Shown here piece by piece: positions 41,510 to 51,214 of a stretch of 64,000 bases of DNA. Under the pieces are notes generated by a model. The model did no database searches and was not told where the DNA came from. It worked only from the letters and a program-made list of their open reading frames with translations. Every line of letters starts with the position of its first letter. The stretch's first letter is position 1. Made by a program: the position numbers and the translations under genes. The stretch is from Gemmatimonadota bacterium (lineage in GTDB: Bacteria > Gemmatimonadota > Gemmatimonadetes > JACCXV01 > JAHWKZ01), in contig DASTCA010000022.1 of the NCBI GenBank assembly GCA_035711625.1, positions 21,039 to 85,038 of the forward strand, in the 5' to 3' direction.

Positions 41510-42940
41510 TCAGGCCCGGGCCGACACCCAGCCTCCGCGCTTGAACGCGCGCCCCGCGAGGAGCGGCACGACGGAGTACGCCACCGCGATTGCGACGAAG
41601 ACCCCCATGGGTCCCATCCCCGCGCGCGAGAGGAACCAGGCCGCGGGAAGCTCGAGCGCCCAGAAGCAGGCGATGTTGATCAGGGTCGGGGTGCGCGTGT
41701 CTCCGGCCCCGTTGAACGACTGCTCGAGCACCATTCCCCAGCCGTAGAACGGGAAGCCGATCGCCACGATCCGAAGACCCATCACCGCCCAGCGAGCCGT
41801 TTCCGGGTCCCCGGTGAACAGCCCCACGATCCAGGGGGCGAAGCCGATGAACGCGAGCCCCACCGCGCCCAGCGCGAGCGCGCTCCACCAGCCCGCCAGG
41901 CGCACCGACCGGAACGCCCGCTCGGGCTTCCCGGCGCCGAGCCCCTGTCCGACCATCGTGGCCGCGGCGTTCGACAATCCCCAGGAGGGAAGCAGCGCGA
42001 AGATGATCACGCGGATCGCGATCGTATACCCCGCGACTACTTCGGTGCCGTACCCGGCCAGGATCCGGATGAGCGCGATCCAGCTCGCCATCCCGACGAA
42101 GACCTGGAACGTGCCCGTTGCGCTCAGGCGCACGAGCCGCGCCAGGATCGCGGAGTCGATCCGGAGGTGGACGCGGCGGACCCGGACCCTCGAGTGCGGC
42201 CGGAAGAGCGTCAGGAGCTGGACGACGACGGCGGTGCCGCGGCCGATCGTGGTCGCCACGGCCGCCCCCGTCACTCCCATCTCCGGGAACGGACCCCAAC
42301 CGAAGATCAGGAGTGGATCGAGGACGATGTTGATCCCATTCGCGAGCCACAGAAGCCGCATCGCGATCGCCGCGTCTCCAGCGCCGCGGAAGACCGCGTT
42401 CAGCAGGAACAAGAGCATGATCGTGCCGTTCCCGCCCAGGAGGACGCGGGCATACCCCGCCCCGCCCGCGATCACCTCGGGCTCCGCGCCCAGGAGCCGC
42501 AGGAGCTCGGGCGCGTAGAGGATCCCGCAGACACCGATCGCGGTGGATATGCCGAGACCGAGTGCGATCGCCTGGACCGCGACACGGGCGGCCCCCTCCG
42601 GATCTCCGCCGCCGATCCGGCGAGCGACCATCGCGGTGACGCCGATCGAGAGCCCGATCGCGATCGTGTACACGAGCGTGACCAGCGATTCCGACAGCCC
42701 CACCGCCGTGATCGCGTCCGCGCCGAGGCGCGAGACCCAGAACACGTCGGTCAGCGCGAACACCGATTCGAGCGCGGTTTCGAGGACCATCGGGATCGCG
42801 AGCAGGAGTAGAGCGCGCCCGACCGGTCCCTGGGTATAGTCCTGGGACGACCCTCTGAGGGCCTCGCGGAAGGTGGCGAACGCTCCCCCTCGCGGCGCCT
42901 CGGCGGTAGGCTGGGGGTCGGCAGGAAAGGATTCTGACAT
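41510..42940 (-). CDS. MATE family efflux transporter
   Basis: ATG at 42940. 12 TM helices. MATE/NorM-type N-terminus (LLLAIPMVLETALESVFALTDVFWVSRLG) and internal duplication. Confidence 0.8.
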   Translation of the reverse strand: MSESFPADPQPTAEAPRGGAFATFREALRGSSQDYTQGPVGRALLLLAIPMVLETALESVFALTDVFWVSRLGADAITAVGLSESLVTLVYTIAIGLSIGVTAMVARRIGGGDPEGAARVAVQAIALGLGISTAIGVCGILYAPELLRLLGAEPEVIAGGAGYARVLLGGNGTIMLLFLLNAVFRGAGDAAIAMRLLWLANGINIVLDPLLIFGWGPFPEMGVTGAAVATTIGRGTAVVVQLLTLFRPHSRVRVRRVHLRIDSAILARLVRLSATGTFQVFVGMASWIALIRILAGYGTEVVAGYTIAIRVIIFALLPSWGLSNAAATMVGQGLGAGKPERAFRSVRLAGWWSALALGAVGLAFIGFAPWIVGLFTGDPETARWAVMGLRIVAIGFPFYGWGMVLEQSFNGAGDTRTPTLINIACFWALELPAAWFLSRAGMGPMGVFVAIAVAYSVVPLLAGRAFKRGGWVSARA

Positions 42941-43316
42941 GGAAGACCTCGTGAACGCTGAACTCGACGACGACGAATGCGCGGGCGTTCACGGGAACGA
43001 AGCGAGACGCTTCTTCCGCGTGCTACTGGAAGGCTCTTCGGAGCCTCGGCGGTGCTGTCAGACGGAAGGGGTGCCGACCGTGAGCGCCCGCGCGCGGATT
43101 AGACGAAGAACCGATCCGGAACGGGATCGGCGATTCGCCGAATGAGGATGCGCAAGGCGTCAGTTCTCACGAGACTCTCCGGTCGAAACGTCGGACGGAC
43201 GAGGCCGAGCATAGACGATCCCGCGCAGTCCCGTCAACCCTGTACGACCCCTGACGGCGGTGGTCTCCGGCCGACCGAATACTGCGCGAGGGCACACACC
43301 AACGAGAGGAGCGCAC

Positions 43317-44192
43317 ATGGGATCCTTGTCGGCGACCGCCTCCGGGACCCACGACCTGGGCGGCGGGCTCCTGGTCCACCGCCTGGGTTTCGGAGCGATG
43401 CGCGTCACGGGCAAAGGCGTCTGGGGACCGCCGCGCGATCGCAAGGCCGCGATCCGCCTGCTGCGGCGCGTGCCCGAGCTGGGTATCGACTTCCTCGATA
43501 CGGCGGACTCGTACGGGCCGAACGTCTCCGAGGAGCTGATCGCGGAGGCGCTACACCCGTATCCACAGGGCGTCGTCGTCGCGACCAAGGGCGGCCTGGT
43601 GCGTCCGGCGCGGGACGAATGGGTCGAGGACGGCAGGCCGGAGCACCTGCGGGCGGCGCTCGAAGGGAGCCTCGCGCGCCTCCGGGTGGAGCGGATCGAT
43701 CTCTACCAGCTCCACGCCCCCGATCCGGACGTCCCGTACGCGGACTCGGTGGGCGCGCTCGCCGACATGCAGGCGGAAGGCAAGATCCGGCTGCTGGGAG
43801 TGTCGAACGTGGACCTCGAGGAGCTCGAGACGGCACGCAAAATCGTGGACGTCTGCAGCGTGCAGAACCGTTACAATCTCAACGACCGTTCCTCCGACGA
43901 CGTTCTCGAGCGCTGTGAAGAGCTCGGGATCGCGTTCATCCCCTGGTTTCCGCTCGATACCGGGAGCCTGGCCGACGGCAAAGGGCGATCGCGCCGAACG
44001 CTGACCCGGATCGCGCGGCGTCACCACGCGACCAACGCCCAGGTCGCGCTGGCCTGGCTGCTCGCGCGATCGCCGGTCATGCTCCCGATCCCGGGCACAT
44101 CGAGCCTCGAGCACCTCGAGGAGAACGTCGGGGCGGCGGCGGTCGAGCTGTCGGAGGACGAAGTCGAAGAACTCACCGAGGAGGAAGCATGA
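43317..44192 (+). CDS. aldo/keto reductase
   Basis: ATG at 43317 after GAGAGGA. AKR catalytic tetrad region (DTADSYG, K in ATKGG, IDLYQLH). C-terminal NADP-binding IPGTSSLEHLEEN. Confidence 0.8.
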   Translation: MGSLSATASGTHDLGGGLLVHRLGFGAMRVTGKGVWGPPRDRKAAIRLLRRVPELGIDFLDTADSYGPNVSEELIAEALHPYPQGVVVATKGGLVRPARDEWVEDGRPEHLRAALEGSLARLRVERIDLYQLHAPDPDVPYADSVGALADMQAEGKIRLLGVSNVDLEELETARKIVDVCSVQNRYNLNDRSSDDVLERCEELGIAFIPWFPLDTGSLADGKGRSRRTLTRIARRHHATNAQVALAWLLARSPVMLPIPGTSSLEHLEENVGAAAVELSEDEVEELTEEEA

Positions 44193-44785
44193 GGATGGCG
44201 ATCCTGACGCTGGCGTTGATGTCCGGCAGCGCGCTCGGAGCCTTCGCTCAGGAGTCGCGGGTGCGGCTCAATCCCTACGCGGGCTGGTACCACTTCGACG
44301 AGGGCTCGTTCGAGGAGGGCTTCGACACGTCCGAAACCGAGTCCGATCCGATTTACGGCCTCAGGCTCGGGCTCGGGACAGGGAGGTGGACGCTCGACCT
44401 GGCATACGGCCGGACGACGATCGGCGTGGAAGTGCCCGGGCTGGAGGGGACGACGATCTCGGACGACGCCACGATCCAGCTGTTCTACGCGGCGCTCAAT
44501 TGGCACCTGCCGCTGACCGGGCCGCTGGATCTCTTCCTCTCGGGCGGGGGAGGCGGGATCGACACCGCGTTCGACGACGGGGGCAGCGAGACGGACGTGT
44601 TGCTGAACTACGGGCTCGGCGCCGCGATCCCGATGGGCTCGCTGCGTCTCCGCGCGGACCTCAAGGACCAGGTCGACCTGTGCAACGAGCCCGAGGAACT
44701 CGAAGCGGACTTCTTCGCGGCGTGCTTCGAGGACGATGCGCTCCACAACATCGAGCTGACTGCAGGGGTCGAGATCCCGCTGTAG
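44189..44785 (+). CDS. outer-membrane beta-barrel protein (OmpA-like N-terminal barrel/porin family)
   Basis: ATG overlaps the AKR stop (ATGA). Signal peptide. Alternating amphipathic beta-strands. Terminal aromatic residue or Leu (VEIPL). Confidence 0.55.
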   Translation: MRMAILTLALMSGSALGAFAQESRVRLNPYAGWYHFDEGSFEEGFDTSETESDPIYGLRLGLGTGRWTLDLAYGRTTIGVEVPGLEGTTISDDATIQLFYAALNWHLPLTGPLDLFLSGGGGGIDTAFDDGGSETDVLLNYGLGAAIPMGSLRLRADLKDQVDLCNEPEELEADFFAACFEDDALHNIELTAGVEIPL

Positions 44786-44802
44786 CGAGGCGTGCCGGCG
44801 GG

Positions 44803-45783
44803 TCAGTCGGGGAGGATCTGCTCCCAGGCCGTGCCGTCCCATTCCCACACGTCGGCATACGTCTCGCCGGCGTGGAACCCACCGAACAGCACGACCCGTT
44901 GGCGCACGGGATCGTAGGCCATCTCGTGGACGTTCAGGAGCCCCGGGCCCTCGACGTCGCGCCGGGTCCAGGCGGCGCCGTCCCAGATCCAGGTGTCGTC
45001 GAAGTCCCCCGCGTCGCCGCGGCCGCCGAAGAGGACGATCTCGCCGCGCCCCGCATCGAACGCCATCCGCGACGCGAACCGGGGCGCGGGGCCGGGGGCG
45101 TCCGCGCCGATCTCCGTCCAGGCCGTACCGTCCCAGGTCCACGTGTCGGCGAGAAGCCCGTCCGCGCCCCAGCCGCCGAACAGGACGAGGACCCTCCGCC
45201 GGTCGTCCCAGACGAGGCGGTGGGTTGCGCGCGCGGGCGGGCCGTCGGACGCGACCTGGCGCCAGCTATCGCCGTCCCAGGACCAGGTGTCGGCCAGGAG
45301 AGTCTGGTCCGGCCTTCCGCCCCCGAACAAAACGACTACCTCCCGCTCGGGGTCGTACGCCATCGCAGTGTGATCGCGCACCCCGGGGCCTTCCGAGGCG
45401 ATGGCGCGCCAGACCGATCCGTCCCACTCCCAGGTGTCTCCGTGGCGGAGCGGATCCCTGGTCCGGTCGGGATACGCGGTCAGGCCGCCGTGCAGAACCA
45501 GCCGGTCACGGCCGGCGTCGTACGCAAATCCGAAGTGGCCGCGATCTCCCGGTCCGATCGTGTCGAGGACGGACCAGTTCACTCCATCCCACGCCCACAT
45601 CCACTGCCCGCGGGATACGGCCTCCACGCCTCCCAGGAGGACGACCTGCTCGAGGCCGGCGTGCCATGCCATCGCGTGCGAGGAGCGGGGCGCGGGCCAC
45701 GGCGTCTCCTGCGCCGCTCCCCGCGAAGGCGCGAGGGAGAGGAGAAACGCGGGCAGGAGAATAGATCGGGTCGGGACGCGCAT
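44803..45783 (-). CDS. Kelch-repeat beta-propeller protein
   Basis: ATG at 45783 (MRVPTRSILL signal). At least six repeats, each with a VLFGG / W.WDG.W pattern (DTWEWDG, DTWSWDG, DTWTWDG, DTWIWDG, DVWEWDG). Confidence 0.6.
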   Translation of the reverse strand: MRVPTRSILLPAFLLSLAPSRGAAQETPWPAPRSSHAMAWHAGLEQVVLLGGVEAVSRGQWMWAWDGVNWSVLDTIGPGDRGHFGFAYDAGRDRLVLHGGLTAYPDRTRDPLRHGDTWEWDGSVWRAIASEGPGVRDHTAMAYDPEREVVVLFGGGRPDQTLLADTWSWDGDSWRQVASDGPPARATHRLVWDDRRRVLVLFGGWGADGLLADTWTWDGTAWTEIGADAPGPAPRFASRMAFDAGRGEIVLFGGRGDAGDFDDTWIWDGAAWTRRDVEGPGLLNVHEMAYDPVRQRVVLFGGFHAGETYADVWEWDGTAWEQILPD

Positions 45784-45878
45784 CGTCCCCAGTCGGACGG
45801 AGGCGATGCGCGGGTCGTTCAAGCTCCGCGGCCGCGCGCTTGGGCGGCGCGGTGCCCCGGCGCTATGATCGGGGGCCA

Positions 45879-46394
45879 ATGAACGGAGACCGATCCCGTA
45901 TCGCGCGCCGAGGCGCGCTCGCATTCGCTCTCGCTGTGTGCGGATGCGCGGCGCTCGAGTCGCTCGGGATCCTGGCGCCCCGGTTCGAATCCGCAGAGGG
46001 CCGGAGCGCGGAGCTCCGCGTGCTCGGGCCGGCGGCGGACCGGCCGCTCGGCGGCGCCGCCCTCCGCCTCTGGGCGCACGTCGAGAACCCGAACGGTTTC
46101 GGACTGCGGCTGACCGAGGTGGTTGGCGACCTTCGAGTGGCCGACGCGGACGCGATCGACGTGGAGTTCCCGCTCGGCCTGCCGCTCGTCGCGTTTCAGG
46201 ACACGGTAGTCCCGCTCGACGTATCGATCGGATTCGACGATCTCCCGAGCTTGGGGCGGATCGCGCGTGCCGCGATCTCCGGCGAGCGCCTCGACTACAG
46301 GCTGGACGGGACGTTCGCCGTGGACGCCGGCAGCTACGGCGAACCGCGTTTCGGACCGTGGACTCTGCTCGAGGGAGAGCTCACGGTCCGGTGA
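45879..46394 (+). CDS. LEA14-like (WHy/LEA_2) lipoprotein
   Basis: ATG at 45879. Lipobox LAVCGC. LEA_2 signature (AHVENPNGFGLRL ... Y.LDG). The track ORF begins at an upstream TTG. Confidence 0.55.
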   Translation: MNGDRSRIARRGALAFALAVCGCAALESLGILAPRFESAEGRSAELRVLGPAADRPLGGAALRLWAHVENPNGFGLRLTEVVGDLRVADADAIDVEFPLGLPLVAFQDTVVPLDVSIGFDDLPSLGRIARAAISGERLDYRLDGTFAVDAGSYGEPRFGPWTLLEGELTVR

Positions 46395-47980
46395 CTCGAC
46401 TGCCGTCCGTCCTGTTCCTCTTCCTCTCTCTCCCCTCGATCGCCGTCGCCCAGGCCCCGTCCGGGCCGTGGACGCGGGCCGAGGCGAGCGATTTCGTCGA
46501 GACCTCGACATACGACGACGTCCTGACGTTCCTGGATGTGCTCGAACGCGCGGAGTCGCGCATCCGCGTCGGATCGTTCGGCTACTCGTACGAGGGGCGG
46601 CGGCTGCCGCTGGCCGTGTGGGGAGCGCCGGCGGCGACCCCCGAGGCGGTCCGGTCGACGGGCAAGACGCGCGTGCTCGTCCTGGCGAACATCCATGCCG
46701 GTGAAGTGGAGGGGAAGGAGGCTTCGCTAGAGCTGCTGCGTGAGCTGTCGGACGGTGGCCACGCCGCATGGGCCGACTCGCTCGTCCTGCTTTTCGCGCC
46801 GATCTACAACGTGGACGGGAACGAACGCGTCCGCCTCGACAACCGACCGCTCCAGCTCGGGCCCGTCGGCGGGATGGGACAGCGCCCGAACGCGCAGGGA
46901 TTCGACCTGAACCGGGACTACATGAAACTCGACACTCCCGAAGCGCGATCCCTGGTCCGCCTGTTCACCGACTACGATCCCCATGCGACGATCGACCTCC
47001 ACACGACGAACGGGACCTACCACGGGTACCACCTCACGTATTCTCCGCCTCTGCACCCGGGCACCGACCCGGACATCGCGGCGTTCGCGCGCGATCGATG
47101 GCTGACGACCGCCGAAGAGCTCGAACCCGAATGGTCGACGTGGCACTACGGGAACCTGCCGCGGGACGAAGGAGTCGACGCCCCGCCGGGCTGGTACACG
47201 TTCAGCCACCAGCCACGCTTCGGGAACAACTACGCGGGCCTGCGGAATCGGTTCGGCCTCCTGTCCGAAGCCTATTCCTACCTTTCGTTCGAGGATCGGA
47301 TCGCCGTCACCCGCGACTTCGTCGTGTCGCTCCTCGACTTCGCGGGCGCCCACGCCGGCGAGATCCGGCGGCTGTCGGAAGCGGCGGACGGCCGGGACCT
47401 GTCGGGCGCGGAGCTCCCTGTCCGTGCCGAGCACGCCTGCGGACCGGAGGTCGAGATCCTGATGGGGGAGGTCGTGACCGAGCGCCATCCGTACAGCGGC
47501 GAGCCGATGCTGCGCCGGCTCGACGTCCAGCGCCCTGAGCGGATGCCCGACTGCACGTCGTTCCGGGGGACCGAGACGAGTGTGGTCCCGGTGGCGTGGC
47601 TCGTGCCCCCGGCGCTCGAGACGGCGATCGAGCGGCTCGCGGCGCACGGAGTCCGCTTCGAGTCGTTGCCGGAGGCCCTGGAGATGGACGTCGAGGCGTT
47701 CGCGATCGCAAGCTCGACCGCGTCGGAGCGCGAGTTCCAGGGCCATCGCGAGCGCACGCTCGAAGGCCACTGGGTGTCTGTGCGGGAGCCTATCCCCGCG
47801 GGGACCGTGATCGTGCCGAGCGCTCAACCGCTCGGACGACTGGCGTTCTACCTGCTGGACCCGCGAAGCGACGACGGACTCGTCGCCTGGAACGTGCTCG
47901 ACGATGCCCTGGAAGGCGCCGCCCGCTACCCCATCCTGCGCGCGTCGAGTCCGCCGCCGGCTAGCATCGACCGCGAGTAG
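46391..47980 (+). CDS. M14-family zinc carboxypeptidase, secreted
   Basis: GTG overlaps the upstream stop (GTGA). Signal peptide. Zinc ligands HAGE and a downstream His (IDLHT). NVDGNER motif. Confidence 0.65.
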   Translation: MTRLPSVLFLFLSLPSIAVAQAPSGPWTRAEASDFVETSTYDDVLTFLDVLERAESRIRVGSFGYSYEGRRLPLAVWGAPAATPEAVRSTGKTRVLVLANIHAGEVEGKEASLELLRELSDGGHAAWADSLVLLFAPIYNVDGNERVRLDNRPLQLGPVGGMGQRPNAQGFDLNRDYMKLDTPEARSLVRLFTDYDPHATIDLHTTNGTYHGYHLTYSPPLHPGTDPDIAAFARDRWLTTAEELEPEWSTWHYGNLPRDEGVDAPPGWYTFSHQPRFGNNYAGLRNRFGLLSEAYSYLSFEDRIAVTRDFVVSLLDFAGAHAGEIRRLSEAADGRDLSGAELPVRAEHACGPEVEILMGEVVTERHPYSGEPMLRRLDVQRPERMPDCTSFRGTETSVVPVAWLVPPALETAIERLAAHGVRFESLPEALEMDVEAFAIASSTASEREFQGHRERTLEGHWVSVREPIPAGTVIVPSAQPLGRLAFYLLDPRSDDGLVAWNVLDDALEGAARYPILRASSPPPASIDRE

Positions 47981-48041
47981 TACCGATCGGGACCGGGGCC
48001 CGAGCTCGGCTAGGAGTCGCCGAGTCCGGTTACTGCGCCCC

Positions 48042-48926
48042 TTACGGGTCCTCGGCCTCGTCGTTCGGCGTGTCGTCGAGGAGGTAGACGCCACCGTTCG
48101 CCTCCGCGAGGTCCCGCAGAGCGCTGGCTGTGCCTTCCTCCTCGGTGAAGCCCGCGGTGTGGATCACGACCCGGCCGTCCGCATTGAGAGCGGCCACGCC
48201 GTGGAGCAGCGCACCGGCGTCCGGCGGCGACTCCGCGACGATCACGACGATCGTCTGGGGACCGAGCGCGAACGCGCGCCGGATCCCCGCGAGCAGCTGC
48301 TGGGCGCTCGGCGGTTCGTGCGATTCCGATTCGTCGTCCGAGACTTTGTCGGAAATGCCCATAGTGGCCGAGTACAAAAGCCCCTGGCCCTCGTAGAGGT
48401 CGTCGATCAGCTGCTCGGCCGCATCCCGGTTCTCGTCCTCGGCTTTGACGAGCGCGTCGTGCCAGGTCCGACTTCCGACGCTGTCGAAGTACACGATGCC
48501 GAAATCCTGATCGTCCTTCAGCCCCTTGATCGCGTCCCGGAGATTGTTCTCCGCGCGGCCGGCGCGATCGCGGTGCTGGTTGAGGCCGGCGCCGATGAGC
48601 ATCCCTCCGGGCACCACCGCGAGGGCCACCGACTCGCCGCTCTTCTGTGCCACGTCCTGCTGAGTCTCCTCCGTAGCGTCACCCGTGGCGACATCCCCGA
48701 CCTGATCGATGAACCCGGGACCTTTGTGGATCGCGAAGTCGACGACGAAGACGAGGCTCGGCGTTTCGCGTACGTCGAGGCCGTACACTTTGCCGTTGTC
48801 CCCACCCCGCAACCGCCTGCCGAACTGGGCATCCGCAGTCCCGGGGACTGCGAGAATCGCCGATAGTATGAGTGCTGCCGCCATCCATCGCCGGATGACC
48901 TGAGAATGCCGTTTCAGGGCGGGCAT
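48042..48926 (-). CDS. secreted VWA-domain-like protein
   Basis: Signal peptide. VWA-like beta-alpha core (LVFVVDFAIHKG ... IVYFDSVGS ... IVVIVAESPP) with a degenerate MIDAS motif. Acidic C-terminus. Confidence 0.45.
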   Translation of the reverse strand: MPALKRHSQVIRRWMAAALILSAILAVPGTADAQFGRRLRGGDNGKVYGLDVRETPSLVFVVDFAIHKGPGFIDQVGDVATGDATEETQQDVAQKSGESVALAVVPGGMLIGAGLNQHRDRAGRAENNLRDAIKGLKDDQDFGIVYFDSVGSRTWHDALVKAEDENRDAAEQLIDDLYEGQGLLYSATMGISDKVSDDESESHEPPSAQQLLAGIRRAFALGPQTIVVIVAESPPDAGALLHGVAALNADGRVVIHTAGFTEEEGTASALRDLAEANGGVYLLDDTPNDEAEDP

Positions 48927-48970
48927 CGTTCCACGCCCTTCGTGAGGAATCGACCGCGGACCTAGAGTAT

Positions 48971-48992
48971 GCCGCCCGGGAGGACGGGCGGC
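48971..48992 (-). terminator. GC stem-loop after the lipoprotein gene (minus strand)
   Basis: Perfect 8-bp stem gccgcccg/cgggcggc with loop ggagga, 32 nt past the stop at 49024 on the minus strand and upstream of the VWA start. Confidence 0.3.
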
Positions 48993-49023
48993 AACGACGG
49001 GGTCGAGATGAGGGCGTGACTTC

Positions 49024-49500
49024 CTACCAGATTCCGCGTGCGGCCGGCGTCGCGGGGCGGGAGTACGTCATCGTGACGATGCAGCAACTCCGGCCCGGGC
49101 CGAACGACGCGGTGAGCTGGATCCGGGCGGTCGAGAGCGGCGCGGGGCCAGCCGGGACGTAGCGCGCCTCCCAGTACACGAGCGAGTCCGCCTCCCGCTG
49201 GCCGAAATCGTACGGCTCCACGAATCGCACGACCGCTCCGTCCCACGTCGCGTCCGCGAAGCGAACCACCCACCACCTTCCCCAGAGCTCGAACTCGAAG
49301 TATCCGGAGAGGGTACCCGAAGTGCGCTCGACGAGCGCATCGAATTCGCCCGGCGGAGTCGGAAGGGAGGCCTCCCAGGAGCCGAGGACCGGCCGCGGAT
49401 CCGCCTCGACCCCGTCGCCAAGAGCACCCGTCACTGCGTCCTGGCCACAGGCGAAAGCGGTACACGCGAGGACGAGAAGAGCTCCACGCATCGCAACCAA
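49024..49500 (-). CDS. hypothetical lipoprotein
   Basis: Signal peptide and lipobox (LVLACTAFAC). Trp-rich core. No recognised domain. Confidence 0.45.
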   Translation of the reverse strand: MVAMRGALLVLACTAFACGQDAVTGALGDGVEADPRPVLGSWEASLPTPPGEFDALVERTSGTLSGYFEFELWGRWWVVRFADATWDGAVVRFVEPYDFGQREADSLVYWEARYVPAGPAPLSTARIQLTASFGPGRSCCIVTMTYSRPATPAARGIW

Positions 49501-49541
49501 GATCGATCGCGGACGGCCGGCGGGCCAGAACGAAGGGCCCG

Positions 49542-50663
49542 CTACGGAACTCCGCGAAGCCGCAGCGCGTAGATGGACTGCCAGGTCCCCCCGCCGTTGT
49601 CGGCGATGAGGAGTAGCGATCGGTCGCCATTCGCCAGCCGCGGTCCCAGCGCCATGCCTTCGAAGTTCGCGACCGGAAGCCCGAAGCGGCGCTCGAAGAG
49701 CAGAGTTTTCACAGCCGGCTTCCAGTCCGTCCTTCCGGCCAGTCCCGTGCGAAAGGGAGGGGCGGAGAGGTCGGTGGCGTCATCCGTATCGGTCAGGTAG
49801 ATGCGGATCCGGAAGCCGCCCATGCCCGACGAGTCGCCCGCCAGCGCGCGCTCGAGGACGAGGAGCTCGTCTTCGTCGTGGAGGGCGATCAGGGCGGAAA
49901 CCCCGCTTCGGTCCTCGCCGACCGCAGCCGGAGGGCTGGTCATCAGATGGCCGATCGGATCGGTGAGGTAGGCGAATTGCCGCCCCGGCCGTCCCTCGTC
50001 GTCGAATTCCTGGAGGCGGACGATCGAGCCCTCAGATGCCGTGGCGAGCGAGCCGTCGATCGTCAGCGCTTCCTCGTTCGCCGTCCACATCGATTCCGCG
50101 TCTTCGGCGCGGGTGATCGCCTCGAAGCCGTAATTGGGTCGGATCGTCGTGTATACGGACAACGGGCCCTGGCTGTTCACCCGCAGGCGCGCGATCTCGC
50201 GGCCGTCCGACGGATGCACCTCGACGAGCGAGGGACGCGATGGATCGCCGGCGTCCCTCTCGTCCGCGATCCACACCGTCCCGCGCTCGGCGTCGTAAAC
50301 GACGTCCTCACGATCGGCGCTCTGGCCCCGCCCGGCGATCGGTTGCCCATCGAGGTCCTTGAGAGAGACCGGTCGTTCGAACGAAACCGAGCGGACTTGC
50401 CCGGTCCGGGAATCGACGGAGATCCTCAGGAAGTACAGGGTCGCGTGGTCGTCGCCGACCGCCACGTAGAGGTCGTCCCGCATCCGCGAGAACCCGCTCA
50501 GCTCCTCGGCGATCAGCTGGGGGTCGGCGGCCCCGCCACCGGTGAAGTTGAAGCGGCCTACGTCCAGGATCTCGATCTGGGTGGCCGCGATCGACCGATC
50601 GCAAGCGGCGATCGCGACGATCAGGATGAGGGTGGGGGCGCCGGACGGGATCCTCATCATCAC
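49542..50663 (-). CDS. secreted lipoprotein, possible phytase-like esterase family
   Basis: Signal peptide plus lipobox (AIAAC). Beta-propeller-like repeats. Loose resemblance to the esterase-like-activity-of-phytase family. Assignment is weak. Confidence 0.35.
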   Translation of the reverse strand: MMMRIPSGAPTLILIVAIAACDRSIAATQIEILDVGRFNFTGGGAADPQLIAEELSGFSRMRDDLYVAVGDDHATLYFLRISVDSRTGQVRSVSFERPVSLKDLDGQPIAGRGQSADREDVVYDAERGTVWIADERDAGDPSRPSLVEVHPSDGREIARLRVNSQGPLSVYTTIRPNYGFEAITRAEDAESMWTANEEALTIDGSLATASEGSIVRLQEFDDEGRPGRQFAYLTDPIGHLMTSPPAAVGEDRSGVSALIALHDEDELLVLERALAGDSSGMGGFRIRIYLTDTDDATDLSAPPFRTGLAGRTDWKPAVKTLLFERRFGLPVANFEGMALGPRLANGDRSLLLIADNGGGTWQSIYALRLRGVP

Positions 50664-50682
50664 ATGATAGAATGTCCGTGGC

Positions 50683-51153
50683 TCAGGGGGCGAGCCACTT
50701 GGTCATCAGATGGCGCTCATGGTCGACGAAGCCGCGGCGAACGTAGAGGCGCCTGCCGTCAGGATTGTCATGATCTACTTCTAGGTGGAGGGCCTCGATT
50801 CCCGATTCGCGGCACGTCGCTTCCATCGCATCGAGAATCTGACCGCCGATTCCGGCGTTGCGCTGATCGGGCCGCACGAACAGTTCGTCGACGAACGCAT
50901 CACGGCCGCGATATTCGAGACTGAAGCCGCAGCACAGGACACCGTAGCCCACCGCCTGGCCCGAGATTCGCGCCAGCCAGACCGCGCCGTGGAGAGGTTC
51001 GCGCCAGAGCTCGGCGAGCGCGCGGCGGAGGATCGCTTCGTCGAACGGAAGCCGCTCGCCCGCGTAGAACTCCCGCATGAGCGACAGCAGATCGTCGAGG
51101 TCGTCCGCTGTCGCGGGTTCCACGTGAACTTCGTGCTCGGGGGGATTGAACAT
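50683..51153 (-). CDS. GNAT family N-acetyltransferase
   Basis: ATG at 51153 (MFNPPEHE). CoA-binding motif RNAGIGGQILDAME. The track ORF adds 34 upstream codons. Confidence 0.6.
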   Translation of the reverse strand: MFNPPEHEVHVEPATADDLDDLLSLMREFYAGERLPFDEAILRRALAELWREPLHGAVWLARISGQAVGYGVLCCGFSLEYRGRDAFVDELFVRPDQRNAGIGGQILDAMEATCRESGIEALHLEVDHDNPDGRRLYVRRGFVDHERHLMTKWLAP

Positions 51154-51214
51154 GGCTCGCGGTTGAACTCCACGCTGTCGAAAGCGCGCCTTGCTCGGGT
51201 AGAAACCGGAATCT

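Noticed and set aside
42939-43145. 68-codon ORF (MEDLVNAELDDDECAGVHGNEARRFF...) divergent from the MATE start and sharing its CATG
   Set aside because: Third-position GC is only about 65%, against about 90% for real genes here. It is Arg-rich and low-complexity at the C-terminus with no RBS. Treated as non-coding promoter DNA.
47981-48041. Near-palindrome ccgagctcgg between convergent carboxypeptidase and VWA genes as a bidirectional terminator
   Set aside because: The palindrome centre (gagctc) leaves no loop for a stable hairpin. More likely a chance SacI-like palindrome. Not reported as a feature.
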